Position numbers and translations under genes: made by a program
In this document: in pieces, positions 42,401 to 56,000 of the stretch
Position numbering within the stretch: the stretch's first letter is position 1
Layout: each line of letters opens with the position of its first letter
Assembly: GCA_002633005.1 (NCBI GenBank)
Contig: NMRA01000076.1
Span: 248,001 to 312,000 of the forward strand
Direction: 5' to 3'
DNA: 64,000 nt
From: Phoronis australis
Taxonomy: Eukaryota; Animalia; Phoronida
Notes under the pieces: model-generated
What the model was told of the DNA's origin: nothing
Database searches by the model: none
What the model saw: only the letters and a program-made list of their open reading frames with translations

Positions 42401-45400
42401 TTGACTTAATCACCATGCAATGCTGGAGAGCAAAACAAGCAAGTTTACAAAGTTAACACAAAATGTGATTGCCTTGACATGAAAGTCTGCAACGTTGGAC
42501 TTCTTCACATGAATGGAGTATCCCACTACACAACAATTATTATGCAACACGACAGAATGAGGATTACAAAAACTTCTTCAAGAGGATTATCAAGATTGTT
42601 GCCTCAGACAACAACAGAGTAAAATCACAACCAGTGCACAACACTTCATTATGGTTTTTTGAAGAATTGGGACAAGAGCAGAGAAATAAAAGAACCACTA
42701 GGACACATGGCTGAAGTTGGAGTCATCCTTGAATATCTCCGTTAACCTAGCTCATCTCATTAGAACCACACTTGACAACTTCCATGGCAACCCTTCGCCA
42801 AATTCGGTAGATATTGATAACTGGTGCAAATATTAAACTTGCACTTCGGGGCAAAGCAGTACCTAGATGGAATGTCAGCCACATTCTGATCAATGGGAGA
42901 ACGTTCTTAATTCCATAAAGATCATGAACATGTATAAGAGCTGAAACTGCCACATTAAACAGTATTCGGTTTTGTAACAATCCGTCATTATAATTGCTAT
43001 GAAACCCCATTGCTTTTAAAAATCTCCATTTCAGTTACATGAACCGGGGAACTGTAGGTGATGTTGAAACTCATCTACCAAATATGGTAAGCTCAGGTTA
43101 CTATTATATAAATTATAATTACAAGGTACCTAAACTACACGGGGCACAGACGCATGAACACAGCTCAAGGACCTGCAAACACCGTCCACTGACTCACAAA
43201 CACGGGAACGAACTCACAAAACACGATCCACGCACCCAAATACACGGGACACGGACTCATATTCACGAGGAAACATGGTTAACGGACCGTCAAACACGGG
43301 TCACAGACTCATCGGCTTCCTGGGTCAGCTGACATCTCCATTTTGTCCGTGACCCGTGTTTGGCGGTCCGTAAACCGTGTTTCCTCGTGAATTTGAGTCC
43401 GTGTCCCGTGTATTTGGGTGCGTGGATCGTGTTTTGTGAGTCCGTTCCTGCGTTTGTGAGTCAGTGGACGGTGTTTGCAGCTAGGTCCGTGAGTCGTGTT
43501 CATGCGTCCGTGACCCGTGTTTATGAGTGCGTTGACCGTGTAGTTTGGGTACCTTGTAATTGGAAGATGTGTATTCATTAAGACGTAAACAAGTTAGACA
43601 TAAACAGCAGAATGTTTTACATTTTGTCTTTGTTTCTTCAACTTTGAGATCAATCAAAAAATTCTGTTACATTTTACTCTTAAATATTAAGTAGTCCGGA
43701 CTACTACTATAAATATCAAAAAAACATCTACACGTACCATCCCATTGTGCTTTGATAGTAGCAGTATCGCTGCAGTACTTGAGGTCAGCCAACCCAAATC
43801 TGCTGTCTGTTACACTGCCTTGAACTGGAGGGGTTAGGTCAACTTTCACTGGAACAACGAGCACATTTAATTAAGCACAATGTAACACGAGCAAGCGCAT
43901 CCAATATTCCAATAACTTGCTGCAGCTGTCCACAAGCTGCTGTGTGTGAACATGTTTGTAACCTACGCAGTACTTCCATTTGGACATGATCCATCATCCT
44001 ACCTTGCAGTACACTCTCAGCCAAAAATACGGGAAGCCAAACTATCGGGCACAAAAAGGTATAATTATTCAACTTTGACGATGGCAATCAGACAGGCTTT
44101 GAATGCTGTCAAAATGTCATACAATAATGTCTAAATATCCAGTCGTTCAACGTGTTAGAAATTGGGTCAAACATCACTGGTTCTCATATATAACACAATG
44201 ACGGATTTTGGCTTAAAAAAATATGAAAACAGCACCCCCAAAATAAAAGTTTAAGAAATATGAATCCAGCTCATTCACATGATTCAAACCAAACTAACAA
44301 GATGAATCAGTCATACTCAAAAGTGATATAATAAGGAATAACCACCAGATGGTGCTGTATATGTCTTAAAACGTCTTCAAACTCAATGTTAGTCTTATCC
44401 CATATATGCGTTCCAACACCCACGATCACCCAGTATATATTATTATGTATATGTATATGTATATGTATATGACTTTTGTATATGTATATGTATATGTATA
44501 TATATTATTCTCATCTTTGCAGGTATGCTACAGTGTCTATTGAACAAAACTCTAGTGTAGCTACCAAATGTGCACCATCGGTTTTAGGGAAGAGAGAAGC
44601 ATTTAGGGACGAATGCTGGATAGAATGGACTTAATCTCAATTATTACCTTTGACCAGAGCTACAATACAGCAAAATAGGTAAATGTTTAATGTGGTCTTA
44701 TTACAAATTGCCGATTCCCCATGTTGGATTGCAGTCATTCGAAGGAATTAACTGTGACCATTATGTTAAATATGCTTTTGGTGATGTTATCAGTAACGTG
44801 ACTTAGAAGGAATATTGAATTGTAGTGCACTTTATGACTTCGCTTGGTTTTTTGTACGCATCAACTTACCACCATCAGAGCTACCATTGACATATTTGGG
44901 TATGAGACCTCTGTTGGAGGCCGTCACCATGGTGTAATACACAGAATTGTGGGTGAGACTCAGTCCCGTGTGGCAATAGGTCTTCTGACGGTAGCTAAGC
45001 ACAATGTCAGTATTATTGGTGAGATCGTAACCACCAGGAGTAGAGCCCATGCGCACATAATACCTGTAAAAGAATGACAATGCTTACACACTCTCTTGAC
45101 TGGTACACGATCTACAATCAGCTGATGAATGTGACCGAGAACGGATAAAACGAACAGCGTACAAAATGCCAAAACCACTCGTGACAAACGGTACATGGTG
45201 CGTAATTAGACACTATCTTATAGTTCATGCACGGCCAACAAAACAAACAATATGGCGCCTAGAGACAATATGGCATCCAGTTAAGACGGTGTAACACCCA
45301 GATGCAATTGATTTGTTGCTTAAGGTTTACTTAACACAGGCGGACCATAAATACAGACAAATGTAAGGATTTGTGGATGACTTAGCTTCCTATGTCAATG

Positions 45401-48400
45401 CCATGTCTCATTTCATACTCAAAAATGGTTTTGAATAAACTTAAAGCATGCCAGTGGCCAAATTTCAGTGCCTCTTGATGTTATTCTCCGATACTTGGGC
45501 AAGACAAAGCAGAAGTGAATCTTACTTCATGATACCAGAGTGTGGATCAAAGAAGTTAGCCCAGTGAGCGCACAGCTTGGTGTTGTCTTTTGTGAACTGT
45601 AGGTCACGCTTATGGTCCAGTCCATCGTAGACAGTTCCAGCAATTGGTGGTGACTTGTCAACCAGAAGGGGAGTATCGCCGTGTCCAGCCACAAACAGTT
45701 CAACTGCAATGACACGGTTATCCTCAGGTTGATGGCGCCACAATAGGTAACAAATATAAGGTACTACACCATGTTTTTAACTAGGGGAGCTTGAAACCAG
45801 AAGAGTAACCTTGCCAAAAGAATTTTCAGCAAATTTAAATTTCATAAAAGGTTTTAATTAGTAAAGCCAGTCACAGACGATACTGTCAAATGATTCATCA
45901 AAGCACTAGCTATTTGTCTTTTTAAATGAATTAGAAAACATGGAAATTTCTTTGAAATTTCTACAAAGTTTCAACCCACAAACCGCAATTCAATAATATT
46001 CTCCATTTTGACCATTAGTGACAACAAATTTCGAGTCAGGGTAAACCTTGATAAAATCTTGACAGGTGTCACTCCATGCACTTTGACGAAATAGCAACTC
46101 GTCTTGCAGGTAGGTGCAGTAACGTGACATTAAACTCTGTAACTATTAAGTTTGACAAAAATGCTATTAGTGACAACTTTAAAGTTTAACTTAACTGCCA
46201 AATAATTCTGGCAAACATGTTTGCCCAACTTCTGTCAATGTCTGTATACTGAGTATTTTATTTTGAAAACCACTTTAATATGTAGTCATGCAACATTCAG
46301 TCCACAAACAAAGTTTGTTAACATCACACAAACTGGCAAGTGGCCATAACTTGAAAAATTTACAAAAAGGGAAAATCACATTCAGGACGTTGTTATCCAA
46401 TGATACATTAAGCTATGTAAAATTAACAACCTGAATTGCTCACGAACCATTTCTCACAAAAGAATGCTATTAAAATTTGAGGAAAGGAACTCAAAACATC
46501 AGTCTACCGTTGTTGAGAACCTGCAGTCGAATCCACGCTGGTTCACCCTCAGGCATCACAATTTCATCCATGGTCAGTTGTAGGAAGGCCAACACGTCAG
46601 GGTTGTCTGTGCTGACATCTTCATATGACCTCAGCTTCACATCATACTTCGAACGTCCCAGGCCAAACTCAACTAGGCTGAGCCCTGTATAAGAACCACA
46701 GAATCAACCACAACAGTTACATTATTGGTTAAGTTGGTATGACATCATCCAAAACAGTGGGTATGACATCATCAAAAACAGTGGATGCGACATCATCAGA
46801 AACAGTGGATATGACGTACATCATCAAAACAGGGAGATGATATCGTCAGAAAGCTGATCTGGGGCGCTTCCATAAATACAATACACTCGCACGGCACTTA
46901 GGCAAGAATTCTTTACTCGTAGAAAAAAAATAGACTAGTGAATTATATCCCATAGGTAAATATTCCCAGCCTCGTCAACCAACCACTAAGTGGCCAGCAT
47001 AACTGCTTGTCTACACGAGTAAGACCCCAAGTGTGGGCCTTCAAAACAATGTTAGAAGCATTGAAAAAAATGAACAAAGAGCAATTTTAGCAATTGCATG
47101 AAATGGGTGAGATTTCGGTGTAGTCCTCCAACTCACCAGACAGGTGATCCGTGGTATTAAAGTCAATGATCAACACGTTCATCAGTTCACTGTAGATGAA
47201 ACTGTCAACACCGTAGAAGAGGGGCGGAGTTATGTCAATGATCATAGGTCGACTGTGACAGACTGTCGTCACTAGAGCACCACCAAAGATGACATCATTG
47301 AGACCCTATAGGATACATAACAAATAAACTACGTTAACCTGACTGCAGTACAATAACTGACGATAGAGAAACTTAAACAACCAATACCTGAAAATACGCT
47401 TTAATGCATCTTTATTTTAAGTGGGTGATCTGCTGGCTGAGTCAGACACACTATCTGCAGTGTGATGAACATTTAAGAAGCAAGAGGCTCATCATGACCA
47501 TAGATCATCAGGTATGAGGCTTCAAGTGGGTGTAATGGGCAACCAGTATTGGACAATATGAAAAGAAATTAAACCATGAATTCATGACTGTCACCTGAAC
47601 AGTGAAGTAGTAGGGTCCCTCTGCCAGGGGTTTGTCCTTGAACGTGGCCAGTCCCTTATGGTTCCAATGTTCGCGGGAGGCCAAGTGGGCATGAGGGTCC
47701 TCAAAGTCTGCTGTATCGTTGCCACAAACTGTGCGTCCAGCCTTCCAAGTGTAGCCAAACATGCCACTGTCTTTGTCTTCAAACTCATCCCAGTTGGCTG
47801 AAAAGTTTAAAGTATAATACAATTATAATACCCAGAACTGTATACGGTTCCTAAAGTTTAAGTTACCGTAAAACCCAACAAGCATGTGGATACATGTACA
47901 GATAATGATTCAAGTGTCTTGTTCTCAAGCCCACGAAGTTATAACACTTAAACCCTCATATCTGTGGAGTTGCATAGGCTTACACTGGAGTGGATGGATG
48001 GGGTAATTACAGCGTTAAACCGTTGTTCCCAACTTGTTCCATTCTATAGCCCAACAACAAGTTGGGAAGATGACCCCTGTAGCCAATACCTTACACGACT
48101 GATTAACTCCATTCTGGCATTTATGGTTGGAGGACCAGCTCTGTTTTGTTCGATTATTGCTCTAATCCCCAATAAGATTGTTACCCTGACTGGCCTGTGC
48201 TTTTAAAAATAAAAGTTAAGTTATAACATATTTGAACATAAACCAATAGCATTTCTGAAATCCTCGTCAAATGGTGGTCATGTTTAGTTTTCTAATCGCC
48301 AAAATCGCCCAACTGCAACCGAAGTTACGACAATCTATTCTTTCCGAAATATGTACCAATTCACTCTGGGATTGATTGTGTTCACATGTGGTCTGTAATA

Positions 48401-49961
48401 AGCCCAGTAGGTAATTGGCCTGCTTGTTGTCATACCAGACAAAAGACTGTGCTTGGCAGTTCACATAGAAGCTAGATGTTATCACCCTCTACATCTGGTA
48501 AAGTCACTGAACAGGAAAACACCGTCATGTATTTAGATCTCATATTTAGTCTCAAGCATGCCATCTACACAACACTCATCTCAGTTATTCAGTATACATT
48601 ACCATTGAGATAACTTGTTGCCAGCTTATAAAGCACGCCATCTACACAACACTCATCTCAGTTATTCAGTATACATTACCACTGAGATAACTTGTTGCCA
48701 GCTTATAAAGCACGCCATCTACACAACACTCATCTCAGTTATTCAGTATACATTACCACTGAGATAACTTGTTGCCAGCTTATAAAGCATGCCATCTACA
48801 CAACACTCATCTCAGTTATTCAGTATACAATACCATTGAGATAACTTGTTGCCAGCTTACAAAGCATGCCATCTACACAACACTCATCTCAGTTATTCAG
48901 TATACAATACCATTGAGATAACTTGTTGCCAGCTTATAAAGCATGCCATCTACACAACACTCATCTCAGTTATTCAGTATACATTACCATTGAGATAACT
49001 TGTTGCCAGCTGATAGAGCTTCTCTTCTAGAGGTTTTTGACCATTGAACACGGCTTTGTCTTGGGGACCATCAACAATGTATCTGTGATTGGGCTGATCC
49101 GTGACTTCATGGCATCGTTGGGTGATGGCTGCTTCACAGAAATGAGCCAATACCTCATCAGACTTTGGACTAACTATATTGGCTGGGTCGGGTGGAGTGA
49201 AATCTATTATAGTGCAGAAACCAGGTCCTGGGTTGATGAAATTCTGCAAAGCATTAACAACCAATTCAGGTTAAGGTACGGAAAACGATCAATCTTTAAA
49301 CGCAGATACCGGCAGCAGATTACTTGCAAGGTAAAACTCCCTCTAGCGGCACACGTGCACTGCCAGCAAACCAAAAGGATGACACCTGGCCTGCATGCGT
49401 ATACCCCAGGCTTGATTGTGTTCAGTCATTGTGACTGGGAATTCTAGGTAATTCCATTCAATTATTTACTCTTTACTCTTTTTTTGTACAAAAATCTTCC
49501 AGGTGTGCAAACATCCATGCAAAGAACCTGATGCAATCTTTCAATGTGGTCATTTGGTGCTAGTTTCTGGCCACAATGGGGTCATTTGGTGCTTGTTTCG
49601 TGCCACTCAACAATCTTAAGATTTAACCAAATCCATTGATAGAAATTATATAAATCACGCTGTTTCTTAGGCATTTTTCATTCTCATGCAATACTGCTGT
49701 CCCGTAAAAGCTCAACTTGAATATAACTCAGCAATATGGATGACCTCCTACATATTAACTCACCCTATATCCCAGAGAATTGGTTATATCCACGTTGATG
49801 CAGTACTGAGAGCTGTGCTGGGTCTCAATGTTATATCTGAACACCTTAGCATAGCCCAGGTTGAGACGCTCATAGTAAGACCAGCCAGCACTGCTCTTGA
49901 GCTGGACCTATACAAAGATATCACAAAATACTTATTGACCGATGAACATGCACGTACTTCT

Positions 49962-50019
<58 letters not shown>

Positions 50020-53000
50020 AATTTATTAGAATCACACATGTACAGAGAAAGAAAAACATGATGATAAAAAAATAAAAGTACAAAACAGTGCAAGACATGG
50101 ATAACATAAAAAGTCAAAGACTTATTTCCATTATGGTTCGTAAAAACAGACAGTCATGATGATACCATGATCATTCAAAGGGTTATCCCGAAATACGCTC
50201 TTGTCATGAATTAATAAAACGTAAGTAAACATTTTGATGATGTGAAATAAGAGCCAGCAGGAAGTATGGTTTCATTTTAGGAACTTAAAAATAAAAATTA
50301 GATTTTTTGGTGTCATCCAAAGGCAGATGAAAATGTGAGTAAACACCAACAAAAACGCGACTGCATGTTTTTACTAAATCACCGTGCAATTTACTTACGT
50401 CATTCGATGGATTCCATATGACGGATAGCAACACGCATGCTTTGTTTACCACGTCGTACATGAAGGAAATACACTTGCGACCATAGTTCAGGCATCTTCT
50501 GGCGCAGACAGCAGGTGATTTCTCCTCTGATTCACCCATAGGTTCTACATTGGACAAGCGGCCCTCCTTCGGTGGAGTGAAACTCTGCAAATCTCCTGTC
50601 TGAAACGACCAAAACACTCGATAATGAGTCGCGTATGTAAATCAATCCATTTATTTCTGTAATAAAGGCCACAGACCCAGTGTACAATTAAAGAACTACA
50701 TGTATCATACTTAAGACTGCAGCAAGCTATCATGGAGACAAAAAGCATAAAATACATAAATTATTTACATATTAACTAATTTAGCATCATAACTTGTTGA
50801 CATCTCTAATCAACTGAGCTTGAAAAAAGACGGAAAATTTCAGTAATGCACCTCAATATAATTTTCTCTTAATTCAGAATATTTATCACAGCTTAGAAGG
50901 AAATGGTACTAGTCTCACACAACATTGGGACCATTGCATAACAAATAACAGCCTCTTTGGATGAAGTGAAATTGCATAATTTTATTTCCATATAAAATAT
51001 TTAGTCAAGTCAGGAAAATTTGCACGTTTGTGAGAATTAAAATAATAAGCTCAACGAGATAATTAAGTAAAATTCACAAAAGCGTACAAGAGAGAGAGGT
51101 TGTTTATTGCACTTGGAGCTAAGCTCATTTGTACATATTACATTGCAACATTTGGTATAGGTGGCAAAGCGTACAACCTGAATTACGTCTCCAATGCCTT
51201 CTCAGATTCTGCTGTATTTACCCACAATGCAACACGCCAGAAGGGCACTTGTTAATAATTCAGAAGTTCCACAACGCTGTTGAGCTAATTACTATTACAG
51301 CAAAATTATTTTGATATTCGTCATTCAATTTCTACTGATGCGCATGCAGTGAACTGAAACGCAGACACTAAAAAGTTTGACGAGCAAAGTGGGGCATGAC
51401 ACATCATTACTCTTTAGCACAGAAACATTTGAGCATTCAGTAAGTCAACTATTGAGCTCCCGCCCAAGATACAAGAGGGAATATCATTTACGTTTCAAGA
51501 CATTCAAGTTGACTACGTCCGAGAACAAATAAAAACTCTGAACTCTAGTAGTGCCAGTGGCATCGATAGCATTGATGCCAAACAATTAAAACTGGCGTCT
51601 CAACAAATAGCTGAGCCCCTTACCAATATCATGAATTTAAGTTTAAAAACGGCCACAGTGCCTAGAGAATGGAAGATGGCAGTTGTTACTCCTGTTTTTA
51701 AAGATGGTGAAAAGTCAAGTTGCGAAAATTATAGACCAATATCGGTCCTCCCTGCAGTGTCCAAAATTTTTGAAAGGTGTGTTCAAAAGCAGCTTCACCA
51801 GTTCCTGGAGCAAAATTCCCTTCTCTCAGCAGTGCAGTCTGGTTTCCGCCCCTTGCATTCCACTCTTACTACAAACATTATGCTACTGAGTTTATCTTTA
51901 ATAATATGGATCAGGGGAGGCTAACTGGTGCTGTCTTTGTTGACCTTAAGAAAGCCTTTGACACTGTGGACCATGGTATCCTATTCCAGAAACTAGAGTC
52001 TTATGGAGTTAGTGATAACGAACTCCTTTGGTTTAGAAACTACTTATACGACTGTAAACAGGCCACCAAATTGGTGGTATACTTTCTGACTACTCAACCA
52101 TAATCAGGGTTCCATTTTGGGCCCTCTACTATTCACTATTTTTGTTAACGACCTCCCTACTGTCCTCCACAACAGTGTCCCAGTTTTATACGCTGATGAC
52201 ACTGCAATTATGTCCCAAGCTGGATCAGTAAAGGAACTCGAAACTTCTCTCAACGATGAGCTAGCCCTTATCCATGACTGGCTGATTCAAAATAAACTCA
52301 CTCTTAACGTTAGTAAAACCAAGTCGATGCTGTTTGGAACCCACCAGAAATTAAACCAATAAAAACTATCCCTTTCTATCAACGGTTCTCCCATCGAGAA
52401 TGTTGACAAGTTTAAGTACTTGGGCCTTACTTTAGATCCCAATCTTAAATTTAATATGCCCATAGATCATATCACAAAGAAATTATCAAAGAAAATCGGT
52501 GTACTTAAACGTCTAGGCAAATTTCTTAATGTCAGTAGTCTTAAGACCCTTTACCATTCTATTATTCAGCCTCATATTGACTATTGTTAACTGGTTTGGG
52601 GGCACACTAGTGACACACTTGTCAGCAAAGTCCAAGTAATCCAAAATAGAGCCGTCAGGGCTATCTTGGGTACTAAAATTAGGGACGCTAGGGTTGACGA
52701 CTTGTCATGTCGTGAACACATCCACTAAAACAAGAAACTGTAGGAACACCGCATTTATCCACCTTCACTCTTATCAGGCTTCTATTGTGAGTCAGCATGT
52801 GTGAATAATTGGCTGATAAGCCACCTCTGGAACTACTTTTGGCTGAATGGATGACCAGGCCATAAAATGATAATATTAGCCAAGACCAGTTACTAATGCA
52901 ACAAAGAATAGTGTCGTAGTATCATCTAGCCTTGGTGGAAAGCTGTATTCTGTATTGGCTCTAATAAACGCTTAGAAAAAATCATTTCACGGGGAGGGGA

Positions 53001-56000
53001 TTCTTATTGTAGCCTACGGCAGTTGAAAGCCGGTTTCCCAAACGGGTAAAATCGGAAGCTAGGATTCATAAAATTTACGCTTTGTGACGAATTTTAGCCT
53101 ATGNNNNNNNNNNNNNNNNNNNNNNNNNNNNNNNNNNNNNNNNNNNNNNNNNNNNNNNNNNNNNNNNNNNNNNNNNNNNNNNNNNNNNNNNNNNNNNNNN
53201 NNNNNNNNNNNNNNNNNNNNNNNNNNNNNNNNNNNNNNNNNNNNNNNNNNNNNNNNNNNNNNNNNNNNNNNNNNNNNNNNNNNNNNNNNNNNNNNNNNNN
53301 NNNNNNNNNNNNNNNNNNNNNNNNNNNNNNNNNNNNNNNNNNNNNNNNNNNNNNNNNNNNNNNNNNNNNNNNNNNNNNNNNNNNNNNNNNNNNNNNNNNN
53401 NNNNNNNNNNNNNNNNNNNNNNNNNNNNNNNNNNNNNNNNNNNNNNNNNNNNNNNNNNNNNNNNNNNNNNNNNNNNNNNNNNNNNNNNNNNNNNNNNNNN
53501 NNNNNNNNNNNNNNNNNNNNNNNNNNNNNNNNNNNNNNNNNNNNNNNNNNNNNNNNNNNNNNNNNNNNNNNNNNNNNNNNNNNNNNNNNNNNNNNNNNNN
53601 NNNNNNNNNNNNNNNNNNNNNNNNNNNNNNNNNNNNNNNNNNNNNNNNNNNNNNNNNNNNNNNNNNNNNNNNNNNNNNNNNNNNNNNNNNNNNNNNNNNN
53701 NNNNNNNNNNNNNNNNNNNNNNNNNNNNNNNNNNNNNNNNNNNNNNNNNNNNNNNNNNNNNNNNNNNNNNNNNNNNNNNNNNNNNNNNNNNNNNNNNNNN
53801 NNNNNNNNNNNNNNNNNNNNNNNNNNNNNNNNNNNNNNNNNNNNNNNNNNNNNNNNNNNNNNNNNNNNNNNNNNNNNNNNNNNNNNNNNNNNNNNNNCCA
53901 TAAAAAGTACAGTTGTTAGGCTAGACTGTAATCAGCTGATCATATCCACATGAGCGAAGTCAATTATCCTCGCTCGTGACTCGATGAATAGAGCAGCTTG
54001 GCGGCATCCCTTTGAGCATGAGCCGAGCGCGTCTCAGCCAAGGTGGATAAATACGGTCTAGTTCAATTTTCCATACCCCGCCGTTTACCTTAAACACCGG
54101 GGTTAGAACCAATTTTATTTAGTGGGAGTGTTCATAGCATGTATTCCAAGCTGGGATTTATGAAAGTAAGACAAAGAAATAAATATCTCTCTGCCTGTTG
54201 TATGTACAGATGTATCAATGGCGTGGCTCCAGCACATCTTAGCAGTAAATTCAATAGCAGTCAGGCTGTATATTCTACACGTTCTTCTGTTGCTGGCAAT
54301 GTTTCTTCTAAAAATTAAAATTAAAACCGAGACGGGCAAGAGATCTTTTTTCTATGCAGCTGCTATAATATGGAATTCTTTTAGCCCAGAAATTAAACGG
54401 TCCAATTCAATTACTACCTTTAAAGTAAATATTAAAAAGTGAATGGAAATTTACTTAACCTTTTATACTCTGCCTGTCTTAGTCATGTAATTTTTTCATT
54501 GTCGTAAATACTCTCACTGTCTAGAGTCATCTCTTAATTAATTTCATCTGTCTTGGTTATACTTTTACCATTATTTGTCATTTAGTTATTGTCTTAATTC
54601 TCTACCTGTTTTAACTGTATATTTGTTACTTATATTTCATTGTTGTTTTATTACTTCATTGTATTATATTACTGTTTTTCTTGTTGAGGGCCCTCTTGGA
54701 AAGCAGTGCTATCACTGAAGAGGCCACCCTCATTTTAAATATCACAATAATATTAAATAAATAAATAAATAACAACCCAGAGAACAGTATGCAAGACAAT
54801 CAGATCATATTACACGAATAAGTGTCACAACAAGATACACAATGTCATATTATGAAAGAACTGTGGTACAAATGATTGGAACAGTAAATTTCACACCTAC
54901 CTATTTGGTCAACACATTTGTTGACTTGACAATAATACGGTACGTACCTCTAGAGTGTTAAGGGTGGGTGTGTTGAAATTGAATGAATCCCATTTGAAGT
55001 AAGTGTCGCCATTTTGTTCACCAGGACTGTTACCAAGGCCATGAGCTAGGTTTTCAATTTTGATTGGGCTGTCTTCAAAGGCAACCACTGATCCCCTGTA
55101 AAAAGAGTGCAATAATAATTATCATATTATCCTGTCTCTTTGCATGAATTGCTTTAAAAGACTATTACATAATGCAGAGTATTGTATTTGCTTGAGATTT
55201 TCATACTATTTAATATTAAGACAGCATTTAATATGCAGCTAATAGCAGGAAAAAACACATAAAATAGGTTTATGTCATGTAGATTCTGACCACTAAAATT
55301 ACAGAATATGTCACATAACGTACGTGATGATAACTGAGGGTTATTATATCCCGATACGTGGTAAGCAAGCAAGGGTGAAGTCGGAACACTGTTTTCATCT
55401 TAATTTTCATCAAGTTTGGTTGAAATTAAAATTTTAGATGGTACTTGACGCATATGTTTATGTCATTTTAAGGTGATTTCAATTATTGGTGACGCAGTAC
55501 AGAATTGTGAGATGTGAGTGGTACTATTAAGGAGATGAGTTAAACCAACTACCGTAATTCTTACGGATTTAGCCAGCCAAATACCACAATCCATACAGCT
55601 TTGCCAGGTTTACGTTCTTTAGAGATAACAGTTATCTTCTCTAGAAAAAAGTTCTGACGTATTTCAAGGCGTGATTACACAGCTAGTTTTTCACAGCCGT
55701 ATCATCACCTGTGTATTATAATATTTCTGATTCCACCAGGGTTGATATAATATAGATCTGACATAACAATTATTATTGAATGACCTAAGGTCAGCGGAGT
55801 AGATCGTTAGTTGACTATCTGATACACTATTGAATGACAACAGTTCAATGGATACAGATAATTATAAACCTTTCTGTATGGCTCTGGCGTTAGCTTAGTG
55901 TCGATACAATACTTACTGAATGACTTTAGGGTTAGCCGAGTACAAATACAACATATTCACTCGTCCCTCAGGTAAAGTGTTATCAAATGTCTCCAGCTGA

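Larger units (their letters stand above)
51420..54772 (+). mobile_element. 5'-truncated, disrupted non-LTR retrotransposon (CR1/L2 group) with reverse transcriptase remnant
   Basis: Motifs PREWKMAVVTPVFK, NYRPISVLP, QSGFR, VDLKKAFDTVDH, LGPLLFTIFVNDL, YADDT, KYLG, GKRSFFYAAAIIWN; frameshifts and stops; 3' GAGGG...CCCTC stem-loop and (TAAA)n tail; 5' boundary approximate. Confidence 0.96.

Noticed and set aside
46913-47022. Short IR TTACTCGT..AGA / TCTACACGAGTAA
   Set aside because: Too short and gapped, with no TSD.
51631-52362. Reverse transcriptase ORFs as a retron, DGR or domesticated gene
   Set aside because: Frameshifted LINE RT with typical CR1/L2 C-terminus and (TAAA)n tail; no accessory parts.
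53059-53953. Long ORFs of X residues
   Set aside because: Artefacts of the N gap.
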